A stretch of 64,000 nt of DNA from Camelus ferus (lineage: Eukaryota): positions 34,908,001 to 34,972,000 of the forward strand of contig NC_045697.1 in the NCBI RefSeq assembly GCF_009834535.1, read 5' to 3'. The translations under genes were made by a program, and so were the position numbers. The notes beneath the pieces are model-generated. The model was not told the DNA's origin, ran no database searches, and was given only the letters and a program-made list of their open reading frames with translations. Every line of letters starts with the position of its first letter. Position 1 is the first letter of the stretch. Positions 61,300-64,000 of the stretch are shown one piece after another.

Positions 61300-62170
61300 T
61301 GCTAATTTACATCTGTTCCCAGTTCTCTGTCCTAGGCTACAGAATGGAAGTTCACTTGCATATTAGACTCCACCCAGATGTTCCAAACATCCTATACCCA
61401 ACGTATCTAAAACCTGACTCTCAAACTTGCTACTATGCCTATGTTCTGTAGCTCAGCTAATAATATTACCATCCACCCAGTCTTCCAAATAGAATCCAAT
61501 TTCGCTTTGAGTCCTCTCTCTCCTTCACCACAACTGTATCTTTTCTCAGTGTCCTTGCTTATTCTCCAGGCCAGGCTGCCATTGTGTTCCATTGGCGTTA
61601 TCCTTATAGCCTCCTGGCTTGACTCTCTCACTGTTCTTTATGCCTGCTCCTGTCCGTTTACCCTAAGCTTCTGGAATTGTCTTTCTGAGTCTTGAATCTG
61701 GATGTCATTTCCCTGCATAGAAAACCTATCTGACTTTCTGCTGTCTGCAAAATAAAGTTCAAGATCTTTGCTTGGCCATAAAGGTCCTACATAATTTATC
61801 TCTCCTACCCACCTTTCCACATCCAGTTTCCTGTCCTTGACACTTTGCATAGACTCTCTGTCCCTCGGTGGAAGTAGCATACTCCCAGGACTTTGTTTAA
61901 GCTCTTCTTCTCTGGAATGTCCTTGCCTTCATTCACACGTGGAAATCTAGGACTCGCTGGTTAGTGAGGTTTAGACTCCCAACCAGACTTAATTACTACC
62001 ACCTCCATGTGAACCTGGATGTATAGAGTTCATCGTAATGTGCCTTGTATTGCAGTTAGTTGTGTACTGAGATGGAGCAGCCAGGTCCTTGGGAACATAA
62101 GGCAGCTCATGTATTCACCTCTGTCATCTTGAAAGAGGTTAGGAGATGAATACACAGTTGTTGAACTGAG
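61300..62170 (+). mobile_element. L2 fragments
   Basis: ACCATCCACCCAGTCTTCC...TCCCAGGACTTTG...TGGAATGTCCTTG...GTTGTTGAACTGA. Confidence 0.6.
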
Positions 62171-63413
62171 TTGTTATAATATAACATTACAAAAAGAACT
62201 CTGAGATGTTAGGAATCTATGTCTACTACTTATAGACAACTCTAAAGGGTCTAGAGTCATAGAAGAAAGCATATATGTGTATACACAATTTACATATAGA
62301 AATCATACACATGTATATATACATATATTGTCATATATATTCCAAATATCAGATTTTTTGAAAACTCATTTATATTTGACAAAGTCAAAGTTAAGAGCAG
62401 GTCTGAACAAGTATGATAAAAATACTAGTACCAATTTTTAATCCCCCCCATCTCAGCCCCCATAAGTCCTCTCAGAACGATTTTGCAGAAGTGGTTGTGG
62501 GGAAAGCAGTGACCTTACCCACTCTCCCCCAGTCAATATTCTAGACAAAGTAGGGCGAGGGGAAGTAATGACAGATACTGGAAAGCAGCAGGCATGGGTG
62601 ATAATTCTCAGATCTATTTGATGGGAAGACTAATTCAGTATTGAGAATAAGAAAAGAACATATGAAATATAGAATTATTAACGGATCTCCATCTTTTCTT
62701 AGGATCGTATGAAACCAGCGTTCATTGTTATTCTGCCAGCACATATCATTACTTACCAAGGTTAAATGAGGGAGTGAGAGGATGTTTTGATGATTTGCTT
62801 CTTGTACAATGGGGAAGACACTTTAAATTATTCCAAGAGAAATCCAGCCTCAAAGAATGTTTCCAAATAACACTTCCTGAATTCAAAAATGTTCCTGTTT
62901 TTTCTACTTTGTATGGAATGATGATAAAAAAAATTTTTAAACCCAAATTCAAACTAATTAGTGGTATTTAATGGTAGTGGTATTTAAGACTTTAAAAAAA
63001 AATCTCACTTTTGCTATTTATTGTGTTGTCTGGTTACTGAACAAGAGGTAACCTTTCAGTTGGGACCCTTGAAAAATATCACTGGAGTTTTTTCATGTTT
63101 AGTTCAAATAAATTCTCAGTTTAATATCCTGCTAGAGCTTTCTGGATATTGATTATTTCTTTTCAGTTTATCAGATGACAAGGGCCTCCAGATACAAGCC
63201 TTTATGTCGTACAAAGTTCACCATGTGAAGTCCCCAGGAAAGCCTTTCATGCACCCAAAACACGTTGAAATATTAGGACCTCAGGAAAGCAACAGACTTC
63301 TCACCTTTCAAGTTAGTTGACAGTGATAAGAAAGTTAAAGAATAGGTGAAAACAGGGATGGGACTTGTTAAAGAACAGGAGATTAGCAGAGAAAAGAAGA
63401 AAATAATCTTCTT

Positions 63414-63556
63414 GTGGAGGAGGGTGTAGCTCAGTGGTAGAGCACATGCTTAGCAAACACGAGGTCCTGGGTTCAGTCCCCAGCACTGCCATCAAAATAA
63501 ATAAATAAACCTAAGTACCTACCCAATCCCAGAAAAAAAAAGACCCAAAGTGAAAA
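63414..63556 (+). mobile_element. tRNA-derived SINE (camelid Vic-like) with 17-bp TSD
   Basis: GGAGGGTGTAGCTCAGTGGTAGAGCACATGCTTAGC...GGTTCAGTCCC with an A-rich tail. TSD AAGAAAATAATCTTCTT at 63397-63413 and 63557-63573. Confidence 0.92.
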
Positions 63557-64000
63557 AAGAAAATAATCTTCTTATGCAAAGCAAACCCTTATTGTTAAAT
63601 CACTGAGGAGGTGAGCGGAATGCTGAAGCCTCCTCTGGTGCAGACTTTGAGATAACACGAAGAGGACCTGGATTAAATCACATCTCAACTGATGCCTTTT
63701 GTAGGGACCAGGAAGTGCACATCGAATCACGTGATTGGAGAGCAGATGAGATGGTATTTTTACAAAGATGACTGTTGAATGAGATCTGACGTGTTATCAG
63801 AGCCAGGGGTATAGGCTGGAAAAAGTCAGGCAAGGACACAAGGAATCAAAGCCTCGAATAATGTAGCAGGAGGTTTGGAAGCAACAGCTGCACATAAACC
63901 AAAGTTGAGACACCAAGATCCTTTCAGCACAGGAGCTAGGTTAGTCATAAGCCGCTCTAGCTGTTCAGTAACAGTGAGATCACTGCGAGGCACGGGAAGC

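Noticed and set aside
63414..63490. tRNA gene (also at 22921 and 42075)
   Set aside because: tRNA-like head with an A-rich tail and TSDs, in multiple diverged copies: these are SINEs.

Overview
AT-rich, repeat-dense mammalian genomic DNA, most likely camelid (four copies of a tRNA-derived SINE resembling the camelid Vic family). The left half holds the 3' end of SLAIN2 on the + strand: a 138-nt exon, a 78-nt in-frame cassette exon missed by the ORF track, a 319-nt exon, and a terminal exon ending ...WKDGCY* followed by a long 3' UTR. The right half is intergenic, with L1, L2, MIR, solo LTRs and DNA-transposon MITEs. The most notable items are: (1) a dead but still CpG-rich, unspliced copy of FADS2 exon 1 plus apparent intron 1 forming an orphan CpG island (~34.6-35.56 kb, - strand); (2) an L1 insertion with a ~680-nt 3' transduction bounded by a 12-bp TSD inside a SLAIN2 intron; (3) a TSD-flanked retrocopy of the PTBP1 3' UTR ending at a proximal poly(A) site; (4) the SLAIN2 cassette exon, which splits an SxIP (SAIP) EB-binding motif formed at the skip junction; and (5) several motif-dense candidate enhancers. 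I see no evidence of a wholly new multi-gene system. Gene and repeat names come from recognition by eye and memory, not from database searches.
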